From Turneriella sp. (GTDB taxonomy: Bacteria; Spirochaetota; Leptospiria; Turneriellales; Turneriellaceae), in assembly GCA_965279515.1 (NCBI GenBank), contig CBDIID010000003.1:1152001-1216000 (forward strand): a DNA stretch of 64,000 bases, given 5' to 3'. Below are positions 38,152 to 48,713 of the stretch, one piece after another (positions within the stretch are counted from its first letter, which is position 1; each line of letters begins with the position of its first letter). Below the pieces are notes generated by a model. It was not told the DNA's origin, ran no database searches, and saw only the letters and a list, made by a program, of their open reading frames with translations. The translations under genes and the position numbers were made by a program.

Positions 38152-39018
38152 ATGTCAAGAATGGTAAAATCAGGATTGATCCAGTGCGCACTACCGATAT
38201 CGGAAGGCGAAGGCACGATTCCGGAAATCGTCGAGGCGATGATACAGAAGCACATCCCGTTCATTGAAGAAGCGGGTAAAAAAGGCGTACAGATTCTCTG
38301 CTTACAGGAGATTTTCAATACACCGTATTTTTGCCCGGGACAAGACCCAAAATGGTATGAGAGTGCAGAGCTCGTGCCGGGGCCTACAACCGAACGCCTG
38401 GCCGAGTATGCAAAAAAATATAAGATGGTCATCGTCGTACCTATCTACGAACGCGAGCAAGCGGGTTTTCTCTACAACACCGCGGCCGTCATCGACGCCG
38501 ACGGCAAATACCTTGGCAAGTATCGCAAGAACCACATACCGCAGACATCCGGCTTTTGGGAGAAATTTTATTTCAAACCAGGCAACCTCGGTTATCCCGT
38601 GTTTGAAACTGCCTATGCAAAAGTAGGAGTTTACATTTGTTATGACCGGCATTTCCCCGACGGCGCACGGGCGCTGGGCCTTAACGGCGCCGAGATCGTC
38701 TATAATCCGTCGGCAACGGTGAAGGGCCTGTCGCGTCACCTTTGGCAGATCGAGCAACCGGCGCACGCTGCTGCAAACGGTTATTTCATGGGATGCATCA
38801 ACCGCGTCGGCACAGAGAAGCCCTGGAACCTCGGCCAGTTTTACGGCACATCTTACTTCGTCGATCCGCGCGGGCAGATTTTCGCGCAAGCTTCTGAAGA
38901 TAAAGACGAACTGCTCATCGCCGATTTTGACCTGCATATGATCGATGAGGTGAGGTCGGTCTGGCAGTTCTACCGTGACCGCAGGCCTGAAACCTACGGT
39001 GATCTGACGCGTCTATAA
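38152..39018 (+). CDS. Nitrilase-family beta-ureidopropionase
   Basis: LQEIF..PYFC, KYRKNHIP, FWEKFYF.PGNLG, ICYDRHF (E-K-C triad); AAGGAG RBS before ATG 38152. Confidence 0.9.
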   Translation: MSRMVKSGLIQCALPISEGEGTIPEIVEAMIQKHIPFIEEAGKKGVQILCLQEIFNTPYFCPGQDPKWYESAELVPGPTTERLAEYAKKYKMVIVVPIYEREQAGFLYNTAAVIDADGKYLGKYRKNHIPQTSGFWEKFYFKPGNLGYPVFETAYAKVGVYICYDRHFPDGARALGLNGAEIVYNPSATVKGLSRHLWQIEQPAHAAANGYFMGCINRVGTEKPWNLGQFYGTSYFVDPRGQIFAQASEDKDELLIADFDLHMIDEVRSVWQFYRDRRPETYGDLTRL

Positions 39019-39026
39019 GGGGATTT

Positions 39027-40373
39027 ATGCCACTGAAAGCCAAACGACTTAAAACGGAAGAATACGCCGAAAATTTTTCCGATATCCATCCGCCGCTCAC
39101 CGACACGCGCGCGCAGGTTGAATCGAACCGCTGCCTCTACTGCTACGATGCACCATGCACCAAGGCCTGCCCGACATCGATCGATGTACCACACTTCATT
39201 AAACAGATTTCGTCGGGCAATATCAAGGGCTCGGCGCACACCATCTTAAGCTCGAACATCATGGGCGGCGGCTGTGCGCGTGTCTGCCCCACGGAAAAAC
39301 TCTGCGAAGGTGCCTGCGTTCTCAACGGATTGCACCATGAGCCGATTCCGATCGGCCTCTTGCAGCGCCACGCCACTGACCGGGCATTCCAGAATAAATG
39401 GAAGTTGTTCGAGAGAAAACCCTCAATTGGCAAAAAAGTTGCGGTCGTCGGTGCCGGCCCCGCGGGGCTCGCCTGTGCGCATGCCCTGTCGCGCGAAGGT
39501 GTCGATGTTACAATTTTCGAAAAAGAAAACCTGAGCGGTGGCCTCATGACCTACGGCATCGCTGCCTACAAGGTCACGCCCGAATTCTGCAAAGAAGAAG
39601 TCGATTATATCCTGAATATCGGCGGCATCGATGTCAAATACGGCCAGGCGCTCGGCAAACAGGTTTCACTCGAAAAACTCGAGCAGGATTACGACGCGGT
39701 TTTTCTCGGCATGGGGCTCGGCAATACGCGCAAGCTCGAGATTGCGGGTGAGGATCTTCAGGGAGTCGAAGACGCCATCTCCTTTATCTATGACATACGC
39801 ACTAACCCTGCGGAAAAAATTGCTGTCGGTGACCGCGTTGCCGTGATCGGCATGGGTATGACAGCCATCGACGCTGCGACGCAGTCAAAACGTCTCGGTG
39901 CGAGCGAAGTGACGATGATCTACCGCCGCACAAAGCACGAGATGCCATGCACACAAAAGGAATTTGATCTCGCGATGCTCGACGGCTGCCAGGTCGTGTG
40001 GCTTGCCTCACCCAAAGAAATTACCGGCAAGGACGGTCATGTTTCGGCCATTATCTGCGATGAAATGACGCTCGGCAAACCCGATGCCTCAGGCAGGCGC
40101 GCGCCCGAACCGACCGGCAAAACCATAACGCTCGACGTCGATATGGTGATCAAAGCGACCGGACAAATTCCTTTCGAAGGACTTTTCGGTAAAGTTGATC
40201 TCAAGAATAAGAACGGTAAGATTGCGGTGAATGAGCTGCGCCAAACCAGCCGCGAAAAGATTTTTGCCGGCGGCGACTGCGTCAACGGCGGCGCCGAAGT
40301 TGTCAATGCCGTACAGGACGGCAAAGACGCCGCGCGCGGAATACTGAAACTCATGGGGGTACAAAATGGCTGA
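39027..40373 (+). CDS. preT: Dihydropyrimidine dehydrogenase subunit PreT
   Basis: RCLYCYDAPC..ACPT, CARVCP...CEGAC, GAGPAG, FAGGDC. Confidence 0.92.
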   Translation: MPLKAKRLKTEEYAENFSDIHPPLTDTRAQVESNRCLYCYDAPCTKACPTSIDVPHFIKQISSGNIKGSAHTILSSNIMGGGCARVCPTEKLCEGACVLNGLHHEPIPIGLLQRHATDRAFQNKWKLFERKPSIGKKVAVVGAGPAGLACAHALSREGVDVTIFEKENLSGGLMTYGIAAYKVTPEFCKEEVDYILNIGGIDVKYGQALGKQVSLEKLEQDYDAVFLGMGLGNTRKLEIAGEDLQGVEDAISFIYDIRTNPAEKIAVGDRVAVIGMGMTAIDAATQSKRLGASEVTMIYRRTKHEMPCTQKEFDLAMLDGCQVVWLASPKEITGKDGHVSAIICDEMTLGKPDASGRRAPEPTGKTITLDVDMVIKATGQIPFEGLFGKVDLKNKNGKIAVNELRQTSREKIFAGGDCVNGGAEVVNAVQDGKDAARGILKLMGVQNG

Positions 40374-41673
40374 TCTAAGTACAAACTTTCTCGGGATTAA
40401 ATCCCCGAACCCGTTCTGGCTGGCCTCGGCGCCGCCAACAGATAAGAAATTCAACACCGACCGCGCCTTCGAAGCCGGCTGGGGTGGCGTCGTCTGGAAA
40501 ACACTGGGCGACCAGGTACGCAACGTGTCATCGCGCTACGGCGCCGTGGACTTCTTTGGCCAAAAAGTCATGGGGCTCAACAATATCGAACTCATCTCTG
40601 ACCGGCCGCTCGATGTGAACCTCAAGGAAATCGCCGCAACGGTGCGCGAATGGCCTGACCGCGCGATTGTCATTTCGCTGATGGCCTGCACCGAACGCGA
40701 GGCCTGGCATGACCTCGTGAAACGTACGCAGGATACCGGCTGCCACGGCTTCGAACTCAACTTCGGCTGCCCGCATGGTATGAGCGAGCGCGGCATGGGG
40801 TCGGCCGTGGGGCAAGACCCGCAGATCGCGGCAATGATTGTCGAATGGGTAATGGAAGTGGCAAAGATTCCTGTGATCGTGAAACTCACGCCAAATGTGC
40901 ACTCCGTTGTACCTGCGGGTCAGGCCGTCGTCAAGGCCGGTGCAGATGCGCTGTCGCTGATCAATACGATTCAATCCGTGGTCGGCGTCGATCTCGATAC
41001 GCTGATTCCCTACCCCACCGTCGGAAACAGTTCGGCTTTCGGCGGTTATTGCGGTCCGGCGGTAAAACCAATCGCTCTCAAGATGCTGACGACCATCGCC
41101 CAGGACCCCATCACCAACAAGGTACCGATTTCAGGCATCGGTGGGATTACCACCTGGCGCGACGCCGCAGAGTTCATTCTCCTGGGATCGACCTCGGTGC
41201 AGGTCTGTACCGCCGCGATGAAATACGGCTTTCGTATCATCGACGACCTCTGCGAGGGACTCAGCAACTGGATGGACGAAAAAGGTTACAAAACACTCGA
41301 CGATTTCCGCGGCAAATCTGTTGAAAAGATCACCAAATGGGAATCGCTCGATCTCAACTACCACATCGTCGCCAACATTAACCAGGATACCTGCATCAAG
41401 TGCGGTCTCTGCTATATTGCCTGCGAAGACACCTCACACCAGGCGATTAATATCACCCGGGGCGAGCACCAGAATAAGTATGAGATCAATGAACCCGAAT
41501 GTGTGGGTTGCAATCTCTGCAAGCTGATGTGTCCGGTGGAAAACTGTATTACCATGGTCGAGCACCCGAAAGGCAAATACCTGAATTGGGCAGAATTTTC
41601 GCAGACCGATAACGGCCTGCAAAAATTTTCACCCTCGGCCTCCCCGACGCCCAACCCGAATATCCATAGTTAA
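40366..41673 (+). CDS. preA: Dihydropyrimidine dehydrogenase subunit PreA
   Basis: PNPFWLASAPPT, NNIELI.DR, ELNFGCPHGM.ERGMG, KLTPN; two CxxCxxC ferredoxin motifs. Confidence 0.95.
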   Translation: MADLSTNFLGIKSPNPFWLASAPPTDKKFNTDRAFEAGWGGVVWKTLGDQVRNVSSRYGAVDFFGQKVMGLNNIELISDRPLDVNLKEIAATVREWPDRAIVISLMACTEREAWHDLVKRTQDTGCHGFELNFGCPHGMSERGMGSAVGQDPQIAAMIVEWVMEVAKIPVIVKLTPNVHSVVPAGQAVVKAGADALSLINTIQSVVGVDLDTLIPYPTVGNSSAFGGYCGPAVKPIALKMLTTIAQDPITNKVPISGIGGITTWRDAAEFILLGSTSVQVCTAAMKYGFRIIDDLCEGLSNWMDEKGYKTLDDFRGKSVEKITKWESLDLNYHIVANINQDTCIKCGLCYIACEDTSHQAINITRGEHQNKYEINEPECVGCNLCKLMCPVENCITMVEHPKGKYLNWAEFSQTDNGLQKFSPSASPTPNPNIHS

Positions 41674-41762
41674 GGTGAAACAGCGACTATCCGCAGAATA
41701 GAAAACTTTTTTACGGCCCTGCTCGCTTTTTAAGAGAAGGCATCCGAAAAAAGGCTGTCATT

Positions 41763-42941
41763 TTGGTTTCTGCGGCGACGCTGCTTTTTGCCGCCTGCAG
41801 TAAAAATAACCTGCGCGGAAAATTCTCCGAACAGGGCGAACAACACAACCTCGCGGAATTTCTCGCAGGTCACAATGTGCCTGAATCGAGTGTCTTTTTC
41901 CCTGCCACGCAGAAACCATTGTATGAGCGCCACCAGGCGTACATGCAGAAACTGCAGGAGCAGATCTTCTCACGCCACGTCGCACAAATCCATGCCTGGC
42001 AAACTGCTACGGGTTTCAAAGCAACTTCGCGGACGGCGGCATACTTTTTGAGCGGCGCCGATGTGCCCAACCTGATTACGTTTTTCCCCGAATGCCGTGA
42101 GTACCTGATGGTGGCATTACAACCGGCTTCTGAAATCGGCGACCCGGCGGCGCTGAGCGATTTCGATCTGAATCGTTCGCTGGAACGTCTGCGCCTCACC
42201 ATGCGTGATATCTCGGCGCGTAACTATTTCCGCAGCAAAGTACTCAATAATTCGGCTAAAAATGTGGGATTTCCAGGAATGGCGCCGATCATCCTTGCCT
42301 TTCTCGCGGGCATGAACAAAGACGTCGTGGCTTTCGAGAATGTTGAATTGAACGCCGATGGCACCTTAACGCAGGCGGGTGATTCCGCGGCATCTGCCGG
42401 TTTCCGCGTCTACTTCCGGGAACCGGGCGACGGTGAAATACGTACGCTCGTCTATCTCAGTATGCGCATTACACCTGAATTCAACGGACCCGACAGTCCC
42501 GAAGGCAGGCTGATTGCACGTTTGGGTCCGCTCAACCTGCTCTTCAAGGCGGCCATTTACCTATTCCATGAGGTGCCATACGCTAACCTCGCCCGCTCCC
42601 TCCTCAAACAAGGCAATCTGGTCGTGCAGGATGATTCGGGAATTCCCTTGAATCTGTTTGAACAGGGTGAGTGGCATTTTGCCCCCTTTGGCATATACGA
42701 GCGCACCGCCCGGCTCAATGACCTGCGTACCTACCCATTACAAACCGAACTCCGCGACCTGTTCCGGCAGGACGCGCAGCCGCTCGATTTCTCGTTCGGA
42801 TACGGCTCCTGGGCGGGACGCTCTAACCTGCTTTGGGCCAGCCGGGTCAAACCGCCTGCCCAGGCAAAAAAATTGACGGGCCATTTAGAACGTAGTCTTA
42901 GACGGCATGGCATCCACACCGAAGAAAAAGCCCCTGATTGA
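41763..42941 (+). CDS. Hypothetical lipoprotein
   Basis: Lipobox-like LFAAC; Y.LSGAD, K.A.YL.H, QDDSGIP, FGYG; start uncertain. Confidence 0.7.
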   Translation: MVSAATLLFAACSKNNLRGKFSEQGEQHNLAEFLAGHNVPESSVFFPATQKPLYERHQAYMQKLQEQIFSRHVAQIHAWQTATGFKATSRTAAYFLSGADVPNLITFFPECREYLMVALQPASEIGDPAALSDFDLNRSLERLRLTMRDISARNYFRSKVLNNSAKNVGFPGMAPIILAFLAGMNKDVVAFENVELNADGTLTQAGDSAASAGFRVYFREPGDGEIRTLVYLSMRITPEFNGPDSPEGRLIARLGPLNLLFKAAIYLFHEVPYANLARSLLKQGNLVVQDDSGIPLNLFEQGEWHFAPFGIYERTARLNDLRTYPLQTELRDLFRQDAQPLDFSFGYGSWAGRSNLLWASRVKPPAQAKKLTGHLERSLRRHGIHTEEKAPD

Positions 42942-43122
42942 CAAATTACTCATTCTGGGCGGCGCGGTCACATTTATCGGCTTAACAGTATCCTTTTCAC
43001 CGATGCTGTGGATGGCCACAATTCTCGCTGTATTACCCGTTGTAGCGATGACAATCCTGCTGACGCCTACCCTGCACCTCAACATCGTTGAGCGTCAGAC
43101 AGAAGAAAACCGCGAGAAATAA
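42907..43122 (+). CDS. Small two-TM membrane protein
   Basis: 71 aa with a basic N-terminus and two hydrophobic stretches. Confidence 0.55.
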   Translation: MASTPKKKPLIDKLLILGGAVTFIGLTVSFSPMLWMATILAVLPVVAMTILLTPTLHLNIVERQTEENREK

Positions 43123-43209
43123 AGCGGCTGAGGCCGGGTCTACCGGTACTGATCGTGGTTGGCGCAGGCATCACATTATTCCAGCGTCAACCCGGTATCA
43201 TCCCTAACC

Positions 43210-44337
43210 ATGCTTAAACGACTTCGCAAACTTCCGCTCCTGGGTCGCCGTGACAATAGTATCGTCAATGTGGCTGAGGCCCTGGCGGCATTCAAGGCGG
43301 GCAAGATGCTCGTCGTTACCGATTCAGAAGACCGCGAGAACGAAGGCGATCTTGTACTTTCAGCCGAAGACACTACACCCGAAGCGGTAAATTTTATGGC
43401 AAAATACGGCCGCGGGCTTATCTGTGTGCCCGTCACTGCGACGCGGGCACGCGAGCTCAATCTGCAGCCGATGGTTAAACGCAATGAAGACGAACGCCGC
43501 ACGGCATTTACCGTGTCCGTCGACGCGAAAGAAAAAACTTCGACCGGCATTTCGGCGCAGGACCGCTTTTATACGATTAAAAAACTGGCTGAACCCGCTT
43601 CACGCGCGAAGGATTTCATGCGGCCCGGGCATATTTTTCCCCTGGTCGCCCGCGACGGCGGCGTGCTCGTGCGTGCGGGACACACGGAAGCCGCGGTCGA
43701 TCTTTGCCGTCTCACGGGCAAGCAGCCCGTCGGCGTGATCTGCGAAATCATGAACAGTGACGGTACGATGGCGCGTATGCCCGATCTCATGAAGTTTGCG
43801 CGCGAACACCGCCTGCCGATTCTCACGATCGAAGCGCTCATAGAATACCGCCGCAAGAGCGAACAGACGGTGGCGTTTTCACACAAAACCAAACTCAAAA
43901 CCAAATGGGGCGAATTCACCGCTTATTACTACAACTCCGCGACCGACGACAACATCCACCTGGCGCTGACCGTCGGCAAGGTCGACGGCAATGCGCCCGT
44001 ACTCGTGCGCGTACACCGCGAAGACGTTTTGGCCGACGTCTTTAAAACCCCCGTACGCAAAAACTATCTGCCCATCGATGACGCGATGAGTGCACTCACC
44101 AAAGCCAAAAAAGGCGTCTTTCTCTTCCTCGGGCAGAAATCTTCGCAGGCGCTCGGCGACAGCGAAGCGGATTCGACGCTCAGGCAGTATGGCATCGGCG
44201 CGCAGATCTTAAACCACCTCGGTGTAAAGAAGATCAAGCTGCTCACGCGCAACCCGCGCCGGGTTGTGGGCCTCGAGGCCTTTGGCCTTGAAATAGTCGA
44301 AACTGCGACGGGCGGCAACCAGCCGCGCGCAAAATAA
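43210..44337 (+). CDS. ribB: DHBP synthase fused to a degenerate GTP cyclohydrolase II domain (RibBX type)
   Basis: DRENEGD, GLIC, AFTVSVDA, TGISA.DR, RPGHIFPL, RAGHTEA, ICEI; C-terminal domain VRVHREDVLADVF lacks the Zn-binding Cys residues. Confidence 0.9.
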   Translation: MLKRLRKLPLLGRRDNSIVNVAEALAAFKAGKMLVVTDSEDRENEGDLVLSAEDTTPEAVNFMAKYGRGLICVPVTATRARELNLQPMVKRNEDERRTAFTVSVDAKEKTSTGISAQDRFYTIKKLAEPASRAKDFMRPGHIFPLVARDGGVLVRAGHTEAAVDLCRLTGKQPVGVICEIMNSDGTMARMPDLMKFAREHRLPILTIEALIEYRRKSEQTVAFSHKTKLKTKWGEFTAYYYNSATDDNIHLALTVGKVDGNAPVLVRVHREDVLADVFKTPVRKNYLPIDDAMSALTKAKKGVFLFLGQKSSQALGDSEADSTLRQYGIGAQILNHLGVKKIKLLTRNPRRVVGLEAFGLEIVETATGGNQPRAK

Positions 44338-45246
44338 ATGCCGGCAACGGAACAAGCGGCAATCAGGCCATTGACGCTCACCGCAAACTTCTTGCGGATG
44401 ATCAAATTTTCGCACACGCTCTTTGCATTGCCCTTTGCTCTCGCGGCGACACTCGTTGTCTTCACGCGTTACGGCCATGAAGTCGTGTTCACGCCATGGA
44501 AAGCGCTGCTGATTGTCGCGGCTTTCACTGGCATGCGCAGTTTTGCGATGGCGGTTAACCGGCTCGCCGACCGCCATGTGGACGCGAAAAATCCCCGCAC
44601 CGCAAACCGTGAAATACCGGCAGGCAAACTCAGTGCAGGCACCGTTGCCGTATTCGCCGTCTTATCGCTGCTGGTTCTGGTGGTAAGCGGCTGGTTTCTG
44701 CATCCGCTGGCCGGCTATCTGGCACTGCCCGCCGCAGCCATGGTCGCGGGTTATAGCTATGCGAAGCGCTTCACCTGGCTTTGCCATTTCTGGCTCGGTG
44801 CGGCGATCGGCCTTGCCCCCATCGCCGTCTATATTGCTCTTTTGCAGCGGGTTCATAGCGAAGCGATACTCATGAGCGCCACGCTGCTCTTCTACATCGC
44901 CGGTTTTGATATTCTCTACGCGCTGCAAGACCATGAATTCGATGCGGCACAGAAGCTCCACTCGGTACCTGTTCGTTTCGGCATTGCGGGAGCGATGTGG
45001 ATTTCACGGGCCTCGCACGTTATCGCACTGGCAACCATTGCTGCTCTTATTTATACGCTGCGCCTGAACTTCGTCAGCTGGGGATTCTTGCCCATTCTGA
45101 CGGGTTTGTTATTCGCCGAGCATCTGCTCGTCGGATCGCCCGATAAACCGGACTATGAGAAAATTCCCGTCGCGTTCTTCCATGTCAACACCGTGTTTAG
45201 CGGTGTTTTCCTGGCGACGATCGCGGTGGGCTTGTTCCTTACTTAG
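44338..45246 (+). CDS. UbiA-family prenyltransferase (MqnP-like)
   Basis: IKFSHTLFALPFA, RSFAM..NRL.D..DA.NPRT..REIP, YSY.KRFT..H, GFDILYA.QD. Confidence 0.9.
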   Translation: MPATEQAAIRPLTLTANFLRMIKFSHTLFALPFALAATLVVFTRYGHEVVFTPWKALLIVAAFTGMRSFAMAVNRLADRHVDAKNPRTANREIPAGKLSAGTVAVFAVLSLLVLVVSGWFLHPLAGYLALPAAAMVAGYSYAKRFTWLCHFWLGAAIGLAPIAVYIALLQRVHSEAILMSATLLFYIAGFDILYALQDHEFDAAQKLHSVPVRFGIAGAMWISRASHVIALATIAALIYTLRLNFVSWGFLPILTGLLFAEHLLVGSPDKPDYEKIPVAFFHVNTVFSGVFLATIAVGLFLT

Positions 45247-47368
45247 GTTCTTCTGTCTGAACGTCTGGCTTAGCCACCGGGGCAGGCTCGTCTTTTTTCT
45301 CAGCTGGCTTAACTACCGGCGCCTCTTCTACCACAGCGACTGTGATGAAAATGTCTGAGCGCCGGTTCTTTTGCCGTTTCGCGTCGCTGTTGTCGTTCAC
45401 ATAGCGGCGCCGCGACTTACCCGCACTCTTCACGGAAATTTTCTTTGCCGAGACACCCTTTTCAACGAGCAGTTTCTTCGCAAATTCGGCGCGGCGTTTC
45501 GCCAGCTGGCGGTTATACGGCGCAGTGCCGCGGCTGTCGCCGTGGCCAATGATCACAATTTTTTGTCCCGGGTTCTGTTTGATGCGTTTGGCGACACTTT
45601 TCAGGAAAGCTTCTTCGTCGCCTGCCAGTTTATCCGCCACGTTATTGGCGAAGTAGAGGCGCCCCAGGAATTTAAGCGTTGTTTTCGCCGCGGGGGCCGG
45701 TTTCACTTCGCTCTTTTTATCTTCGTCATCCGGCTTTACAACGGGTTTTTCGGCGGGTTTGGGTTTGACCGCCTCGGCATTTTTTTCGCCCATCACAAAT
45801 TTGACGGTTACAATTTCCGGGATTTTACCCTGGTACTGGTCGAGAATTTCGCTGAATGGCTTACGCGAATCGAGTGCCGGTAGACCCTTTTTCTTCGCCT
45901 GTACTTCGACAACATAACCGTCGAGCGCCGCAATCGCCGCCTCTTCGGATTTGAAATCCGCCGTATTTAATATAGTCAGAAGGGCCTTGCCTTTAGATAT
46001 TTTCAGCGCCTTGGCCTTTTTACCAGCCGGCAGCAGGCGGTATTTACCCTGCGGCGAAACAGTTTTTCCCGCTGCATCCGCGAATACCATTTCAAGTTTC
46101 AGCGTCTTTGGCAGTTTGATGTCGCGTACGAGGCGGAAATCTTTTTCGATCGCCTGGCTTTGGTGAATCGGGCGTGTATCCAGGCTTTCTTTAATCGTAC
46201 GGTAACCCGGGGCTTCGACCACGATGTCATATTGTTTTTGTGTGGCAAGGTTCAGTCCATAGACGCCTTTTTTATCCGGAGATGTTTCTGCAGTCGTCTT
46301 AAAATTACCCGCAGTGATCTCCACTTTCGCTGCAACAATCTTGTCTCCCAGGCCAGAGAGGGTCTTGCCTTTAATCGATACGCGCATGATGGGCCGGGCG
46401 AACATCGGCACAATGGCGCGGTAAATGTCGAACGCACCCAGGCCTTCGGGACGATTAGAGGTAAAATAGACGCGATCCCCCAGGGCGGTTACAGTCGGGT
46501 ACTCATCATCAAACTCCGAGTTAAAAGGTTTACCCAGGTTCAGCGGATTACTCCAGCCTTCGGAGATGATGTCTTTGGCTTCGGCATCGGCGAGCCGCGA
46601 GACAGATTGTGTAAAATAGATATCATAACCACCGACACCGCCAGAGTGGTTCGAGGAGAAATAGAGTGTGATGCCGTCGCTGTGGATCGCCGGCGTCACT
46701 TCTGACGCGGCCGTATTGATGGAACCGGCGTTGCGTGGTGTACCCCATTTCCCGGTGACGGGATCCATTTCACTCACCCAGATATCGTCTCCGCCCTTGC
46801 CGCCTAAACGATCCGATGAAAAGAACAGGAATTTGCCGTCTTCTGAAATGGACGGCATGCGGTCGTGAAAGTCCGTATTGATCTCTGCGACAGGAACCGG
46901 CTCGGCCCACTTACCGCCTTTCCAGACGGTATAATAGATGTTGGTGAGAGCGGGCCCAGGCCGCGTGGCTGAGGCAAAGGAAGAAAAATACATTTCATGC
47001 TCGCCATTGGGTAATTTGCGCAGTGTGGGATGACCATCCAGAGACGCAGAATTCACCGGAAGACCGACGTTTGCGGCAACATCAAAAACCGGTTCGTCGA
47101 CGCCCCTGTTCTTGGCCGTGTTCTTCGAATACCAAAGGTCGAAATCGCCTTCGGGACCTGCCGACGGCTCACGGTTCGATTGAAAAAACAGATATTTTTC
47201 ATCGGGCGTAATGAATGGCGTATATTCGCTGTCGCGGGTATTGATGCCCGGCCCAAGATTTTTGACCCCGGCGACTTCGTTGGGAGTAATCGGGTAGTTG
47301 GCGTCTGCCGCCGAAAGCGCGCTGGCGCCGATGAATATGAGTGTGGTTGCTTTTTTGAAAATGAACAT
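45239..47368 (-). CDS. PD40-repeat / carboxypeptidase-like / OmpA peptidoglycan-binding protein
   Basis: NLGPGINT..EYTP, FSSDRLGG.G.DDIW repeats; IGHGDSRG..YN..LA..RA, NRR. Confidence 0.9.
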   Translation of the reverse strand: MFIFKKATTLIFIGASALSAADANYPITPNEVAGVKNLGPGINTRDSEYTPFITPDEKYLFFQSNREPSAGPEGDFDLWYSKNTAKNRGVDEPVFDVAANVGLPVNSASLDGHPTLRKLPNGEHEMYFSSFASATRPGPALTNIYYTVWKGGKWAEPVPVAEINTDFHDRMPSISEDGKFLFFSSDRLGGKGGDDIWVSEMDPVTGKWGTPRNAGSINTAASEVTPAIHSDGITLYFSSNHSGGVGGYDIYFTQSVSRLADAEAKDIISEGWSNPLNLGKPFNSEFDDEYPTVTALGDRVYFTSNRPEGLGAFDIYRAIVPMFARPIMRVSIKGKTLSGLGDKIVAAKVEITAGNFKTTAETSPDKKGVYGLNLATQKQYDIVVEAPGYRTIKESLDTRPIHQSQAIEKDFRLVRDIKLPKTLKLEMVFADAAGKTVSPQGKYRLLPAGKKAKALKISKGKALLTILNTADFKSEEAAIAALDGYVVEVQAKKKGLPALDSRKPFSEILDQYQGKIPEIVTVKFVMGEKNAEAVKPKPAEKPVVKPDDEDKKSEVKPAPAAKTTLKFLGRLYFANNVADKLAGDEEAFLKSVAKRIKQNPGQKIVIIGHGDSRGTAPYNRQLAKRRAEFAKKLLVEKGVSAKKISVKSAGKSRRRYVNDNSDAKRQKNRRSDIFITVAVVEEAPVVKPAEKKDEPAPVAKPDVQTEEPK

Positions 47369-47394
47369 ATGTTCCCTTTCAGCCGGAATCTATT

Positions 47395-48708
47395 TCAAGG
47401 ACGTACTGCCGAGAAAAACTTGAGACAACGCTCGCGTGCAAATTTGTGATCGATCATGGGCTCTGGGCGCGCAGTGCCAAAAAAGTTATCACTGGCGCCA
47501 AGCCAACGTGTGATATACTCACCATTAGGATCAAATTTCTTCTGCTGCTCCGCCGGATTGAAAATACGGAAGTATGGCGCCGCGTCTACACCGATGCCCG
47601 CACTCCATTGCCAGCCCCCGACATTCGACGCCAGTTCAAAATCGAGCAGATGCTGGGCAAAAAAATGCTCTCCCCAGCGCCAGTCGCATAACAAATGTTT
47701 TGTCAGAAACGAAGCTACGACCATGCGCACACGGTTGTGCATAAAACCGGTCTCGACGAGTTCCCGTATGCCGGCATCAACAAGCGGATATCCCGTTTCA
47801 GCGGCCGTCCATTTTTTGAAATCAGCCTCTGTTCCCGGCCATCTCAGCTTCTCATACTGTGCACGAAACGGTTTCTTCACCGTCTGCGGATAATACCAGA
47901 TAATCATCTGGTAAAATTCACGCCAGATCAGTTCCGTGAGATATTTGAGACTGAGATGGCGTGCTTTCGCTGCCAATGCGCGGATCGAAATGGTACCGAA
48001 ACGCAGGTGCAATCCCAGGCGGGATGTCCCTGGTAGCGCGGGAATATCGCGTGTCTTTTCATAGTTTTGAATCAGCGTATCCGCCACCTCTGCTGAGGGC
48101 GCGTTGAACTTATTCTCTATAAAGCCCAGGTCCTGAAGCGACGGGTTCTGGTACGCTTCTGTCGGCGGCAGAAATTTACCGGCCTGGAGATGCAGGTTGT
48201 AACCCGGGAAACCCAGTTCAAAACGTTCGAGCCAGCGCCGGGAATATGGAGTGAATACATTGTATGGGGTGCCATCGTCTTTGAGTACTTCGTGCGGGGC
48301 GAAGATGACATGGTCCTTGACGCTGATGAATTCGCCGCCTTTTTTCCGGCAGAGAGCGGCAACGGCCAAATCACGCTCGCGCGCATACGGTTCGTAATCT
48401 TCATTACAAAAGACCGCCGCGACGTTAAACCCGGCCAAAAGCCGGTCATAGATTTCAGCCGGTTTGCCATAAAAAATCCGCAGCGCGCCATCCCGCGCGG
48501 CGAGCTGTGTGTTTAACCGCTGTAATGTCTGAAAAATAAATGTGACGCGCCGGTCATCCCTGAGTTTCAGCTTTTCGAGAATACCTGTGTCGAAAATAAA
48601 AACCGGCAGAACCGGGAGCCCGGTCTTCAGCGCCGCATTCAGCGCTGAATTATCTTCGAGCCGTAAATCGCGGCGAAACCAATGGACCGCAATTTTTTCG
48701 GACTGCAT
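47395..48708 (-). CDS. phrB: CPD photolyase (cryptochrome/photolyase family)
   Basis: WFRRDLRLEDN.AL, TSRL..HLRFG.IS, ELIWREFY, TGYP.VDA, G.MHNRVRM, SN.GGWQW, RIFNP. Confidence 0.95.
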   Translation of the reverse strand: MQSEKIAVHWFRRDLRLEDNSALNAALKTGLPVLPVFIFDTGILEKLKLRDDRRVTFIFQTLQRLNTQLAARDGALRIFYGKPAEIYDRLLAGFNVAAVFCNEDYEPYARERDLAVAALCRKKGGEFISVKDHVIFAPHEVLKDDGTPYNVFTPYSRRWLERFELGFPGYNLHLQAGKFLPPTEAYQNPSLQDLGFIENKFNAPSAEVADTLIQNYEKTRDIPALPGTSRLGLHLRFGTISIRALAAKARHLSLKYLTELIWREFYQMIIWYYPQTVKKPFRAQYEKLRWPGTEADFKKWTAAETGYPLVDAGIRELVETGFMHNRVRMVVASFLTKHLLCDWRWGEHFFAQHLLDFELASNVGGWQWSAGIGVDAAPYFRIFNPAEQQKKFDPNGEYITRWLGASDNFFGTARPEPMIDHKFARERCLKFFSAVRP

Positions 48709-48713
48709 TCGGC

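Noticed and set aside
45239..47368. Type IX secretion component PorE
   Set aside because: Similar domain layout, but no TPR or lipobox and no other T9SS genes in the window.
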